A DNA stretch of 64,000 bases from an uncultured Chloroflexia bacterium (GCA_963713975.1 OY970218.1:1216001-1280000), one strand, 5' to 3'. Positions 1 through 10,030 are shown, counted from the first letter of the stretch. Program-made: numbers and translations. The notes: a model not told the origin generated them from the letters alone.

Positions 1-2655
1 GAGCAACTGGCGGACGGACTGGCCCGCCGGGCGACGCTGCTGCGCGACGCCATCCGGACGCTCATCGGCGCGTCCCTGCCCGAGGGCGAAGCGCTGCGGC
101 GTCTCTGGGACTTCTACAAGCGCAGCCTGATGTCGGACATGGACGCGGACGACTTCGCGGACACGTACGCCCAGACGCTGACCTACGCGCTGTTCCTCAC
201 CCGCCTCGAGAAGGGGCCGATCACCGATCTCGAGGCGGCCTGGAAGGCGATCCCGACGGACGTCCCGATCATGAAGTCGGCGATCGAGCCGCTCCGTGCC
301 GCGGGCAAGATCCCCGACCCGCTGGCTGTCTGGCTCGAGGACTCGCTGCACCTGCTGGCCGCTACGCCGGACTCGGTCATCGAGACGATCGGCCACCCGA
401 GCGCCGGCAAGTCCGACCCGATCCTGTACTTCTACGAGCACTTCCTCGCGGCCTACGACAAGGTCGAGCGGATCAAGAAGGGCGTCTACTACACGCCCCG
501 CCCGCTGGTCGACTACTTGGTCCGGGCGGTGGACGACACCCTCCGCGCCTCCTTTGGCAAGCCACTGGGCCTCGCCGACAAGGACGTGCGGCTCCTGGAC
601 CCGGCCCTCGGGACCGGCACGTTCCTCCTCGCCGGCGCCCAGAAGGCGGCAGACGAGACGGAAGCCGCTCTCGGCTCCGGCGCGGTCAAGGGGGTCCTCG
701 AGGACCACGTCCTGCGCCACTTCTACGGGTTCGAGTTGCTGCCGGCGCCGTACACGATCTCGCACCTCAAACTCGCCCTCTTCGCCCGCGACCACAACGT
801 CAAGTTCCTCGACAAGCGCGCCCAGGTCTTCCTGACCAACACGCTCGGCGACCCGGTCCAGCGCGCCGACGATGGCGGCCTGCTCGCGTTCTTCGTGCCG
901 GGGCTCATCGAGGAGGCGGCGGCTGCCGAGCGGGTCAAGGCCGACCAGCCGATCCTCGTGGTCATCGGCAATCCGCCCTGGTCCGCGACGAGTCACAACA
1001 AGCAGCCCGAGATCGAGCGCCTCTTCGACGCCTGGAAGAACGTCGACGGTCGACCCGGGAGCCCGAAGATCAAGGACGCCCGGATCGCGCTCAACGACGA
1101 CTACCTGAAGTTCCTGCGCTGGGCGGTCTGGAAGGTCGTGGAGCAGCCCGGCGGCGCACGCCACGGCATCGTCGCCTTCGTCACGAACCACGGCTTCATC
1201 AACAACCGTGTCCACCGCGGCGTCCGCAAGGCGCTCCTCGATGCCTTTGACGACATCTACGTCCTCAACCTCCAGGGCAACCAGCGCCTGTGGGTCAAGG
1301 GCGTCGTCGACGAGAAGGTGTTCCCCGACGTGCAGCAGGGCGTCGCGATGACGGTCCTGGTACGGCGGGATGTCGAGAAGACCGGCCTGGCGAAGGTGCG
1401 CTATCGCGACCGACGCGGAACACGCGCCGAGAAGTACGACACGGCGAATAGCGCAAGGCTCGACGATGACGGGTGGGTTCACGTCCCGCAATCGGCCCCG
1501 TACTGGTCATTCGCCCCGGCGGACGCGCCGGTGGAGGGGGAGGAAGCCGGCTCCTACGACACTTGGCCGTCCGTCGTGGACATCTTCCCTGTGTCGAGTT
1601 CGGGGATCCAGTCCTCACACGACGACCTGGTGTCCGACTTCAGCGCTGCCGCCGTCGGGAACAAGATCGCCGAGGTAGCCGATCGGTCGATCTCCGACGA
1701 CACGCTTCGCGAGCGCTACAAGATCAAGGAGAACGATCGCTGGCGGTGGGCCGTCCAGCGCAAGGCGTTCGCGGGGCTCGACTCCGCGAAGGTGATTCCC
1801 TGGCTCTACCGCCTCTTCGACCGACGCTACGTGTACTGGGATCCGCTGTTCGTACAGTGGCCTCGAACGAAGGTGATGCGCCACCTGCTCCCTCGCCCGA
1901 TCGGTCTCGGCGGCGACAAGCGGCTGGCGCTCGTGGTGCAGCGCGCCCGTCCGATCACCACGATCGCGACCGTCGTCCGTGGCCCCGCGACGGCGCATGT
2001 CACGAGCGAGTGGTGCCACGTCTACCCGCTGAGGCTGTCTGACGCGACTGAGGAGGAAGTCCTCCTGCCCGCGCCCGACGAGTGGCGAGAGAACCTGAAC
2101 GCCGACCTCTCCAAGCGCCTCGCTGCGGCATACGGCCGGCGCCCGTCGGTCGACGAGGTGGCCTGGTACGTCTTCGCGATCCTGTCTGCTCCGTCGTACC
2201 GTCGCCAATTCGCGGCTGCGCTGGCGATCGACCATCCTCGAATCCCGTTCGCGTCCGCCGAGGCGACCTTCAGGATCGGCGCATCACTGGGCGAGAAACT
2301 TGGCCGCGTCCACCTCCTCGAGGCCGAGGTATCGCCCGACATTCGCTTCGTTGGCAGCGGCACGAACGTGATCGAGGGAGTCCGCTACGACCAAGAGTGC
2401 GAGCGAGTCTGGGTGAATGCCACCCAGGCCTTCACGGGCGTCCCGAACGAAGCCTGGATCTGGGGCGAGCACTTCCGACCTCTCGAGCACTTCCTTGATG
2501 ACCGTCAGGGGCGACGGCTCGACACGGAGCAGATCGGCGCCTTCCAGTCGGCTATCCACGCTGTCCGCGAGTGCATCCGCCTTGGCCCGATCCTGGACGC
2601 GGCGCTGGACAGCGTTCTGTCAGAACCACTCGACGTCACCGAGCCCTTGGTTTAG
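1..2655 (+). CDS. Type IIG/type ISP-like restriction-modification enzyme (N6-adenine methyltransferase plus C-terminal specificity domain), 5'-truncated
   Basis: Frame is open from base 1 (EQLADGLARRATLLRDAI...). SAM-binding motif DPALGTGTFL, catalytic NPPW, GVYYTP, YGFELLPAPY and C-terminal DHPRIPF are typical of this family. Confidence 0.9.
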   Translation, partial: EQLADGLARRATLLRDAIRTLIGASLPEGEALRRLWDFYKRSLMSDMDADDFADTYAQTLTYALFLTRLEKGPITDLEAAWKAIPTDVPIMKSAIEPLRAAGKIPDPLAVWLEDSLHLLAATPDSVIETIGHPSAGKSDPILYFYEHFLAAYDKVERIKKGVYYTPRPLVDYLVRAVDDTLRASFGKPLGLADKDVRLLDPALGTGTFLLAGAQKAADETEAALGSGAVKGVLEDHVLRHFYGFELLPAPYTISHLKLALFARDHNVKFLDKRAQVFLTNTLGDPVQRADDGGLLAFFVPGLIEEAAAAERVKADQPILVVIGNPPWSATSHNKQPEIERLFDAWKNVDGRPGSPKIKDARIALNDDYLKFLRWAVWKVVEQPGGARHGIVAFVTNHGFINNRVHRGVRKALLDAFDDIYVLNLQGNQRLWVKGVVDEKVFPDVQQGVAMTVLVRRDVEKTGLAKVRYRDRRGTRAEKYDTANSARLDDDGWVHVPQSAPYWSFAPADAPVEGEEAGSYDTWPSVVDIFPVSSSGIQSSHDDLVSDFSAAAVGNKIAEVADRSISDDTLRERYKIKENDRWRWAVQRKAFAGLDSAKVIPWLYRLFDRRYVYWDPLFVQWPRTKVMRHLLPRPIGLGGDKRLALVVQRARPITTIATVVRGPATAHVTSEWCHVYPLRLSDATEEEVLLPAPDEWRENLNADLSKRLAAAYGRRPSVDEVAWYVFAILSAPSYRRQFAAALAIDHPRIPFASAEATFRIGASLGEKLGRVHLLEAEVSPDIRFVGSGTNVIEGVRYDQECERVWVNATQAFTGVPNEAWIWGEHFRPLEHFLDDRQGRRLDTEQIGAFQSAIHAVRECIRLGPILDAALDSVLSEPLDVTEPLV

Positions 2656-2657
2656 CC

Positions 2658-3358
2658 GTGTCGATTCGGCCGAAGCCGGAGGACATAGAGGAGTTGGCAC
2701 GGCTCATGGAGATCCGTGACAGCGCCCACCTGGCCGGCCACCGGCTGGACCCCTTCACGCTGTTCAACTTCAGCGGGACCGAAGCCCTGTTGGTGAGTCC
2801 CGGGCGGACCCAGGGGGACAGCGTCTCGAAGGTAGCGATGCGCAGACTCGAGGACCTCGACTTGTTCCGGGTGATCGACCGGTCGGAGAAGGGCTTCACG
2901 TTCGACCTCGTCGATGATGTCAGCGATCGCCTCGAGGAGATGCGCGTCGAGGTGGGGCTTCCCTCGCGCATGGGCGAACTCGAGGCGTCGGTCCTGCGGA
3001 GGCTGCGAGGAAGTCGGCCGAGGCGGCGACGGAGGCCCTTGAGGCCCGCGTCGGGGACGACCGGCGGGCGCGAGCGGAGCGCCGGACGGCATTCGCACAC
3101 CGAGTAGGCCGCTGGGCTCGATGGCTGACGCGGATCGCGCTGGGCCTCCTGTACGTCGGCGTCGTCGTGGTCGCCGGCTACTTCGTGTCCTCGAACCTGC
3201 CGCTCGCGCTCGTCGTGGGCGTTGTCGGGGTTGCCGTCGTCCTGGCGGCGCTCGACTGGCTGCTGCACGTCGACGGCTTCGCGCTCGCCGCTGCGCTCGA
3301 GGCGCGGGTGGTCAAGCGCGTCACCGGGTGGCTCGAGTCCTTCGATCCGGGGTCGTGA
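2658..3358 (+). pseudogene. Frameshifted membrane protein (soluble N-domain, coiled coil, two TM helices)
   Basis: GTG start 2 nt after the RM stop. A -1 shift near 2995 (gtc ct gcg gag) continues as AEAARKSAEAATEALEAR...IALGLLYVGVVVVAGYF into the 3167..3358 ORF. Confidence 0.6.
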
Positions 3359-3403
3359 TCCGCGGCGTCCTGAGGCCCGCAGACAGCCTCGAGGGCAGGC
3401 CGG

Positions 3404-4489
3404 TTGCCTCAACGCCTCTCGCACGGCGACTATGTGCCAGTGAAGTACGTCGAGTGGGTCCAGGTCGTGGCCGATGCGTACGCCTCGGACCCTGGCGGCT
3501 CGCACGACCTCGTCGGCAGTGATCGCATCGCCAAGCGGCTCAACATCGCCGCCGACGACCGTGCTCGTGATGATGCCCTGACCAATGCACTGGACGACCT
3601 CCGCGGGATCAGCGCGTTGGCGTTCACCGACTACGGGTGGATCGAGCCGACCGCAGCGACCTGGCAGACCCGAGAGGGCGTCCGCCTTCAGAGCGGATGG
3701 CCGACCCTGGTTCGCGCGCCGCTGAACACCGAACGAGAAGAGGTTCTGGCCGCGGCAGTGCGGCTGTCGGAGACGCGGCACGATGACTGGGCGGACATGA
3801 CGTGGACGACAGGACAAGAAGTCCGAGTTGAACTCGGGTGGTCCGAGGATGAGCACGACATCCACCTGATCGCGCACGACCTCGAGGCCGCCGGACTGAT
3901 CGAACTGACCGCAATGGCTGGCGGAGACGCCTCTCTCCACATCCGTCCGACGTACGCGGGCGTCGTGCGGGCAACCGAGCGGATCTCCACGGAGTGGGAT
4001 ATCCGTCTGCGCGAGATGGTCGCTGAGTGGGAAACGACGACCGTCGAGTTCAAGCGCACGGTCGAACTCGGAACGACGGCCAGAAACGCCGAGTTCGCCA
4101 AGGACATCGACTCCCTGGCGAACACGAAGTCGAGCGGATCAGCCCGGCACCTGATCGTCGGATACGACCCGAAGACGCACGAGTTCGCCTACCCAGTCGA
4201 CCCCGCACAACTGCAGCAGGACCGTCTGGAGCAGATCCTGAACCCATACGCGACGCCGGCGCACGACATTCGGTCATTCACCCTCGAACACGAATCCGGC
4301 AAGGGCCTGGTCGGCATCATCGAGGTCAGGCGCGATCCAACCAAGTTGCCCCATCGGATCGCCAAGGCGGGAGGCAACGTGGTCGTCGGCACCATTCATG
4401 TCCGGCACGGCAGCCAGGTCGAACCGGCGACGCCGGTTGAGGAGTTGGCTCTCATCGCGGAGGGCAAGGCAGCCCGCGCCGAAGCCTAG
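3404..4489 (+). CDS. Schlafen/AlbA_2 domain protein with N-terminal winged-helix-like repeats
   Basis: C-terminal WETTTVEFKR...FAKDIDSLANT...HLIVGYD...VRHGS matches the AlbA_2 signature. Start uncertain (GTG at 3434 or 3440 possible). Confidence 0.8.
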   Translation: MPQRLSHGDYVPVKYVEWVQVVADAYASDPGGSHDLVGSDRIAKRLNIAADDRARDDALTNALDDLRGISALAFTDYGWIEPTAATWQTREGVRLQSGWPTLVRAPLNTEREEVLAAAVRLSETRHDDWADMTWTTGQEVRVELGWSEDEHDIHLIAHDLEAAGLIELTAMAGGDASLHIRPTYAGVVRATERISTEWDIRLREMVAEWETTTVEFKRTVELGTTARNAEFAKDIDSLANTKSSGSARHLIVGYDPKTHEFAYPVDPAQLQQDRLEQILNPYATPAHDIRSFTLEHESGKGLVGIIEVRRDPTKLPHRIAKAGGNVVVGTIHVRHGSQVEPATPVEELALIAEGKAARAEA

Positions 4490-4659
4490 CCGAGCCAGCA
4501 GGCCCACCTGGACGTGCGCAGGCTGGATGCCCGACGAGATAAGCGCCAGCAAAGTGGCCGCCCCTAGGCTGGCGTCCGGCCGCGCTCCGGTTCAGGTAAG
4601 CGTCGGTCCGGCGGGGCTCAGAACCCGACCGGACGCCTGGTCCTGGCCGACGCGGCCGA

Positions 4660-4878
4660 CTACTCGTTTGCCGGGGCGCGCCACTGGTGGAGGACGACCT
4701 CGCCGCAGTCGCGGCAGACCCAGGTGCTCCGGTACGACTTGGGCTGGCCGTCATTGAGGACCGGGATCGTGCGGTCCATCCGGACCCAGCGCTCGCCGTG
4801 GCGGTGCTCGAGGCGCGGGGTCTGCTCGCCCAGGACTCTGAACTGCGCCGCGTGGATCACCGAGGCCTCCGGAGACAT
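4660..4878 (-). CDS. Small protein with CxxC motif (zinc-ribbon-like)
   Basis: 72 aa with HRH and WVCRDCGE. Minus-strand -10 TATCAT lies 8 nt upstream of the ATG. Confidence 0.6.
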   Translation of the reverse strand: MSPEASVIHAAQFRVLGEQTPRLEHRHGERWVRMDRTIPVLNDGQPKSYRSTWVCRDCGEVVLHQWRAPANE

Positions 4879-4893
4879 TGGCCTCGATGATAC

Positions 4894-4907
4894 CGAACGG
4901 GTGTTCT
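4894..4907. promoter_or_regulatory. LexA (SOS) box, GAAC-N4-GTTC type
   Basis: CGAACGGGTGTTCT directly upstream of the minus-strand -10 (4887-4892) of the 4660..4878 gene. Confidence 0.7.
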
Positions 4908-4926
4908 ATCGAGGTCTGCCGAACGG

Positions 4927-5166
4927 CTAGTCCGACAGGGCGATGTCGCCCCGGCGCAGGAAGCCGCGCTCGGCGGCATCGGTGAAGGTTGCGGCCCAGC
5001 CGGCCCGCGGCGCAGGAATGCCGAGGCGCGATGGGCTCTCGCGGTCCCAGGTGCGAGCGATCAGGATGATCTGCGCGACGCGATCCGGGAACCGCTGCGG
5101 CAGCGCTCGCGACCGCGCGCGGGTTCGGCTCGCCTGAGCCTGCTCGGTGACCATCGGATTATCCAT
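4927..5166 (-). CDS. Hypothetical protein
   Basis: Short ORF co-oriented with its neighbours; no recognisable motif. Confidence 0.3.
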   Translation of the reverse strand: MDNPMVTEQAQASRTRARSRALPQRFPDRVAQIILIARTWDRESPSRLGIPAPRAGWAATFTDAAERGFLRRGDIALSD

Positions 5167-5261
5167 GGGTGGGTCACCCACCTTCCGGCCGACGCCGTCC
5201 GGGCGATACCGACCAGAAGGCCTATGCCTCCGGCCGCCGGCCGCTCTGGATTCGCAAGACC

Positions 5262-6455
5262 CTACCGCTTCGTGGCGGCCCGGCGCACGAGGACCATCAG
5301 GTCACGCGCCATGGCCGGCCGCTGTTGGCTCAGGTCGTCGCGTGTCTGCGCTGGCGCTGAGAGGTGACTGACGATCCGGTCGCCACCGCTCATGTTCATG
5401 GTCATGGAGGTCGGGCTGGCTTCCTGCTCCGCGCGAGTCCGCCAGGCCGTGTAGGAGGCGCCGAGGAGGGCTGCAACGAGGACCACGTGGCTCGCCCGCC
5501 GGCCGGCATCTATCCGCTCGAGGACTCGGTCCACGAAGGTCAGATCCGCCTCCAGGTCGTCCAGCACCTCCTCCTCGACGATTCCGCGGAGGTACATGCC
5601 GCGTTCCGCAGTACGGATGACGGGGCGCGTGACGACGACGGTGCCCTCCTCGTCGATGGCGACCCAGCCACGGGATTGGCGGGCCACCAGGCTGTTGCCG
5701 CTGATGCCGGTGGTTGTTCCTTCACCCCGCTCGAGGACCGGTCGGTCGCCGTAGAGCGCCTCCCGCTCGAGCCAGGACGCGAGGGTCGGGTCCTCGAGTT
5801 CGGACGGCCGAAGGAGTGCGGAACGAGGCGTGGCCGTCCCGACCAACACGAGCGTGGCCTCGCCGACTGTGTTCCGGGCCTGCGGCACCAGAGCGAGCGC
5901 TCGCTCGAGCCCGTCCTTGGCCGCCTCCGCCGCGAGGGCCGGGGCGGCACCTGCGCGCGGTGGCGCGGATCGGGTGGGCGTGGCGAGCGGCTCGTCGACG
6001 GCATCCGGGACATCGACGTCGAAACCCCAGGCCTTGAGTTGTTCGAGCGCCGCCGCGAAGGCCGGTTCGGGATGTTCAGGGTCGAGGTGGCGGTACACCG
6101 GATTGGTGTTGCTGGCCAGGGTGACCCCGCTCTGCTTCAACACGCAGATGCGACTGCGCAGGCGCGGCATTGTGCGGGCACGAGCAATCTCGTCGGCGAT
6201 GTTCGGTCGGGTGAACTTGCCGGCCTCCTGGTCGACGGTCGCGAACACGACCACCGCCTGCGATCGCTCGAGGTATGCGTTCACGTTGTCTTCAGGGGAG
6301 TACGCATCGTCGATCAGGGGCAGATCAGACACGATGTAGCCCTGAACGCTGGGGCGAAGCAGATCCCGGAACGGTCGCGCCAAGGCAGCCTTCTGTCCCT
6401 CGGTGACGCTGAGGAATACCGCTGGTCGCGCCCGCACGCCCGCATCCGTTGTCAT
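5262..6455 (-). CDS. TIR-like (CAP12/Pycsar-type) domain protein with unknown C-terminal domain
   Basis: AVFLS...SQAVVVFAT...RPNIADEIARA...ICVLKQSGVTLASNTNPVY follows the CAP12-type TIR pattern and keeps the conserved Glu. Start set at MTTDAG (6455). Confidence 0.65.
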   Translation of the reverse strand: MTTDAGVRARPAVFLSVTEGQKAALARPFRDLLRPSVQGYIVSDLPLIDDAYSPEDNVNAYLERSQAVVVFATVDQEAGKFTRPNIADEIARARTMPRLRSRICVLKQSGVTLASNTNPVYRHLDPEHPEPAFAAALEQLKAWGFDVDVPDAVDEPLATPTRSAPPRAGAAPALAAEAAKDGLERALALVPQARNTVGEATLVLVGTATPRSALLRPSELEDPTLASWLEREALYGDRPVLERGEGTTTGISGNSLVARQSRGWVAIDEEGTVVVTRPVIRTAERGMYLRGIVEEEVLDDLEADLTFVDRVLERIDAGRRASHVVLVAALLGASYTAWRTRAEQEASPTSMTMNMSGGDRIVSHLSAPAQTRDDLSQQRPAMARDLMVLVRRAATKR

Positions 6456-6497
6456 GGCCACATCGTCGCATCCCGACGCCGACGTACGCTTGCATCC

Positions 6498-7379
6498 ATG
6501 ACGGATGCACTGCTCGACGCGATCAAGAAGGGGGTTGCCGACCCGGCCCAAGCGCCGGCGATCCACGACCTCATGCACCAGCAGGTCGCGGACGTGGTCA
6601 AGGTCATCGGGACGGACGAGCGGTTCGCGATCGGCATCGCTTTCTCAGACGAGGAACTGGCGCGCCGAACGGATGCCCTCGAGGAAGTCGCGGCTCCCAT
6701 CGTCCGAGCGGCCGCGTGGGGTGGCTTCTACGGCGCTGCGAATACGCGCCCGTTGTGGCCCGGGCTCGTCGGACGGCTCGCCAACGGCGTCGACCGGACC
6801 CGGAAGAACCCCGCGCACGACGTCTGGCCATTGCTCGACCTGCACCCCGCGGTTCTCCTCTCGTACGCGGCAGGAGTCGGCGCGATGGCGGGCGGTCGTC
6901 CAGACCTACTCGGCGCTTTGCTCGCCGGCCGCACCGTGCTGGAGGGAAACGAACTTCGCGCCGTCGGCCTGCAGATCCACGCGACGACGCCCTTCCTCAA
7001 CGACAGCATCGCCAACCGTCTGCCGGGACGAAGGACAACAACGCCGGCAAGCGATCGGGTCTACCAGGCGTTGGCGTCAGCCTTCGATGGTCTGGTCGTT
7101 GACGAGTCTGTGCTCGCCCATGCCTTCGACCGATACGAGTACGTCCTCAGCCTGATGCGGTTCGACGCGTCGAGAGGCGACGGCGACCGAGGCTGGGCAC
7201 CCGCTGGCAGATTCGCTTGGCGACGCGAGGACGGCAGCCGCGTCATGGACGAGATGAAGGCAGAGATCGAGGCGAGGGGCACGGAGTGGCCGCTCCTCCG
7301 CGAAGGGCTATTCAAGGGTTCGTCGGACCGACTGGCGACCGCCGTCGAGGGGCTCGGAAAGACACTCCAGCGCTGGTAG
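6498..7379 (+). CDS. Hypothetical helical protein resembling the C-terminal domain of SIR2/caspase-family proteins
   Basis: PAVLLSYAAGVGA...TPASDRV...FDRYEYVL...WAPAGRFAW...WPLLREGLF. -10 TACGCT 7 nt before the ATG at 6498. Confidence 0.6.
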   Translation: MTDALLDAIKKGVADPAQAPAIHDLMHQQVADVVKVIGTDERFAIGIAFSDEELARRTDALEEVAAPIVRAAAWGGFYGAANTRPLWPGLVGRLANGVDRTRKNPAHDVWPLLDLHPAVLLSYAAGVGAMAGGRPDLLGALLAGRTVLEGNELRAVGLQIHATTPFLNDSIANRLPGRRTTTPASDRVYQALASAFDGLVVDESVLAHAFDRYEYVLSLMRFDASRGDGDRGWAPAGRFAWRREDGSRVMDEMKAEIEARGTEWPLLREGLFKGSSDRLATAVEGLGKTLQRW

Positions 7380-7385
7380 CCGCGC

Positions 7386-8297
7386 CTAGCTGTTGGACTC
7401 GAGTGCCTCCTCGAGAACTGGCCGCTGGAAGTCGTACCCAGCGGCCAGCGCCTTCGCCGGCCAGACACGTCGGCTCCCCAGTGCCAACGTGGCCTGATCC
7501 CGAAGCAGTAGCCGCACAATCCATGCAGGCGTGCGGAACTGAGCCGGACGATGCAACGCCGCCGCCAGCGCGCGTGCGTAGGCCACCTGAGGCCGCGGGT
7601 CTGGTGCTGACACGTTGAGGGGTCCGTTGATCGATCCCGACTCGATCGCAAGCAGGTAGAGACCCACCGCGTCGACGAGATCGACCCAACTCACCCACTG
7701 GCGTCCTGACCCGATCCGCCCGCCGACGAGCAGCCGGTAGGGCAGCGAGATGACGCGAAGGTAGGGCGCGTCGTGGGCGATAACGGAACTTGTGCGGAGA
7801 AACACGACGCGTACGCCGAGAGCCTCCGCCTCGGCGGCCTCGGCCTCCCAGTCAAGGCAGAGCGTTGCGAGGAACGACCGGCCGGGTGGGGTGTCCTCAC
7901 CCGCCGGTGTCTCGTCCCGGCCCTCGTACACATCGGTCCCGGACGCATTGAGAAGGACTCGGGGCCGCGCGTGGTCCGGCAACCCAGCGAGGACTCCGAC
8001 GATGGTCCGCGTGGCCGACAAACGACTGTCGCGCAAGACCTGCTTCCGCCGTGACGTCCATGGCCAACGCCCGATGGACGCTCCGGCGAGGTTGACGATC
8101 GCGTCCGCACGTGCGATCTCTGCCGTCCACGCGCCGCGGTTCGGTGGGTCCCAGACAACCGCACGGACTCCCGGCAACGGCGTCGCCGGTTCGGTCGTGC
8201 CGCGCGTGAGGATGACGACTTCGTGGCCGGCCGTGGAGAGAGCGCTGGAGAGGGCGCGGCCGATCAGGCCAGAGCCTCCGGCGATCACGACCTTCAT
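7386..8297 (-). CDS. TIGR01777-family NAD-dependent epimerase/oxidoreductase
   Basis: MKVVIAGGSGLIG, VNLAGASI, GSGRQWVSWV, GSRRVWPAKALAAGYDF. Confidence 0.9.
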   Translation of the reverse strand: MKVVIAGGSGLIGRALSSALSTAGHEVVILTRGTTEPATPLPGVRAVVWDPPNRGAWTAEIARADAIVNLAGASIGRWPWTSRRKQVLRDSRLSATRTIVGVLAGLPDHARPRVLLNASGTDVYEGRDETPAGEDTPPGRSFLATLCLDWEAEAAEAEALGVRVVFLRTSSVIAHDAPYLRVISLPYRLLVGGRIGSGRQWVSWVDLVDAVGLYLLAIESGSINGPLNVSAPDPRPQVAYARALAAALHRPAQFRTPAWIVRLLLRDQATLALGSRRVWPAKALAAGYDFQRPVLEEALESNS

Positions 8298-8301
8298 CCA
8301 G

Positions 8302-9207
8302 TCAGGCTCGGAATGCCACGACGGCAAGCAGGACCGCCATCGAGTTGAGGGCGCCGTGGGTTCGCACCATCGTGTCGAGGTCAACGAACGACTGCCCGGT
8401 CAAGATCGCCAGTGACCAGGCGATGCCCATATGCACCCCGACGAGCAGTGCCATGCCGGCGGTGCGCGATAGCCAGTCCGCTCGCACTTCGATATGTCGG
8501 CTCAGGAGTGCGATCCCGACGCCGATCCCGGAGGACCCGACGATGAGGGCTCCGACTGCGTTGATCGGGTTGCTCGAGAGGATGAAACCGAGCGCCGTGA
8601 GCGGGATCCCGATGATGAGCCCGAGCACCGACACGCGTAGCCACGGACGGGACGCGGCGAGAAGGCTGGCGACGGCGAGCAGTCCGAACCCGGCGAAGTG
8701 GAAGTGGGTCGCAGTCAGCAGGACGATCACCGGCGAGAAGCCAGTATCGACTCCCAGGCGGTCCATCAGGGCAAACGTGGCACCCACGCTCCAGAACCCG
8801 AGAGCGACGTCGATCCCGAGGTCTGGGAGGTGGCGCGGGAGAAGGATCGACGGCACATGCACTAGGCCATGCCGGATCGCCGCCGCCGTGCCAATCAGTG
8901 CGAGACCCAACCATGGAAGCGCGAATGCTGCGGCCAGCGGCCCTGGGGTCAGTGAGAACGCGATCACGAGAGGCAACGCCGCGATGAGCGACCCCCATCG
9001 ACCGATGCTGCCGATCCACGGTCGCGCCGGCAGCAGCGGGACCAGACGCGGCAGGACAACGAGCGGCGCAAGGAGCAGGATGCGGGCCGCCAGCGGAGCC
9101 GGTGCCAGCACGAGGGCCGCGAGCCAGGTTGCCAGCCCCAGCAGGAGCGGCAGCGAATTCTTGGGTGCCAGCGTCGGCGTCACGGGATCCGCGTCTGGAT
9201 GGAGCAT
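8302..9207 (-). CDS. YndJ-family membrane protein
   Basis: Multi-TM protein with LLTATHFHFAGF and MVRTHGALNS. Confidence 0.8.
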   Translation of the reverse strand: MLHPDADPVTPTLAPKNSLPLLLGLATWLAALVLAPAPLAARILLLAPLVVLPRLVPLLPARPWIGSIGRWGSLIAALPLVIAFSLTPGPLAAAFALPWLGLALIGTAAAIRHGLVHVPSILLPRHLPDLGIDVALGFWSVGATFALMDRLGVDTGFSPVIVLLTATHFHFAGFGLLAVASLLAASRPWLRVSVLGLIIGIPLTALGFILSSNPINAVGALIVGSSGIGVGIALLSRHIEVRADWLSRTAGMALLVGVHMGIAWSLAILTGQSFVDLDTMVRTHGALNSMAVLLAVVAFRA

Positions 9208-9581
9208 GCGTCCTCACCCAGGAGACGACTGATCCGATGGCGATTGCCGGCAACCCGGGCATAGGTCCACTCCACGAACCGAGCCACGACTGGGTTGCGG
9301 GCAACGATTGCGATGGGTCGAAGCAGCGGAATCTCCTCCGCGATCCTGGTGCAAGCGGCGCCGGCCGAGGTCCAACGGCCTTCCGGATCCCGGACATGCA
9401 TCGCGTCGAGAAGCAACTCGACAGGCGGCGCATCCGCGATCTGGCTGCCTGCCTGGAGCGGGAGGAGTCGCAGATGCCGCGCCCTGTCGAGGCGGCGCAG
9501 CAGCCTCGCGGAACGACTGCATATCCCGCAGTCAGCGTCGTACAGGACGAGGAGTCGTCGGTCGGCAGGCATCGTGGTCAC
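9180..9581 (-). CDS. DCC1-like thiol-disulfide oxidoreductase (DUF393)
   Basis: VLYDADCGIC and YARVAGNRHR motifs. Confidence 0.85.
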   Translation of the reverse strand: MTTMPADRRLLVLYDADCGICSRSARLLRRLDRARHLRLLPLQAGSQIADAPPVELLLDAMHVRDPEGRWTSAGAACTRIAEEIPLLRPIAIVARNPVVARFVEWTYARVAGNRHRISRLLGEDACSIQTRIP

Positions 9582-10030
9582 CGGGTCTCAGCGGCTTGCT
9601 TGAGCGCCTCGTTACGGATGACCAGGAGGGACCGCATGTATCGGCCGAGCACGCCCCGATCCACCAGCCGGCCGAGTGGACCAAGTGGCGACCGGTGTTC
9701 CCAGTGGTCGTGCATCCTCGTCAGGCCGCCGTGCGCCTCAAAGCGATGCTCGTGACGGAACCAGGCGAACGGCCCGCGCTCCTGGACATCCTCGAAGCGC
9801 ATGGGCGCCTCGACCGCCGTGATCCGGCTGGTCAACGACCACCAAAGCCCGAAGTGGCGGGCGCGCCACGTGACCATGTCGCCGACCTCGACCCGGCCGG
9901 TCGTCCGACCGGCGATTGCCTGTTCACCGGTGTGCGCCATCGATGACGCGTGAAGGTCGAGATCCCGGGCAAGGTCGAAGACGCGCTCGATGGGCGCGTC
10001 GATGTCCGTCGTGAGGTCGATGACGGTCAT
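9578..10030 (-). CDS. SRPBCC-family protein
   Basis: IDAPIERVFDLARDLDLH...VTWRARHFG...GPFAWFRHEHRF. ATGA overlap with the upstream gene. Confidence 0.85.
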   Translation of the reverse strand: MTVIDLTTDIDAPIERVFDLARDLDLHASSMAHTGEQAIAGRTTGRVEVGDMVTWRARHFGLWWSLTSRITAVEAPMRFEDVQERGPFAWFRHEHRFEAHGGLTRMHDHWEHRSPLGPLGRLVDRGVLGRYMRSLLVIRNEALKQAAETR

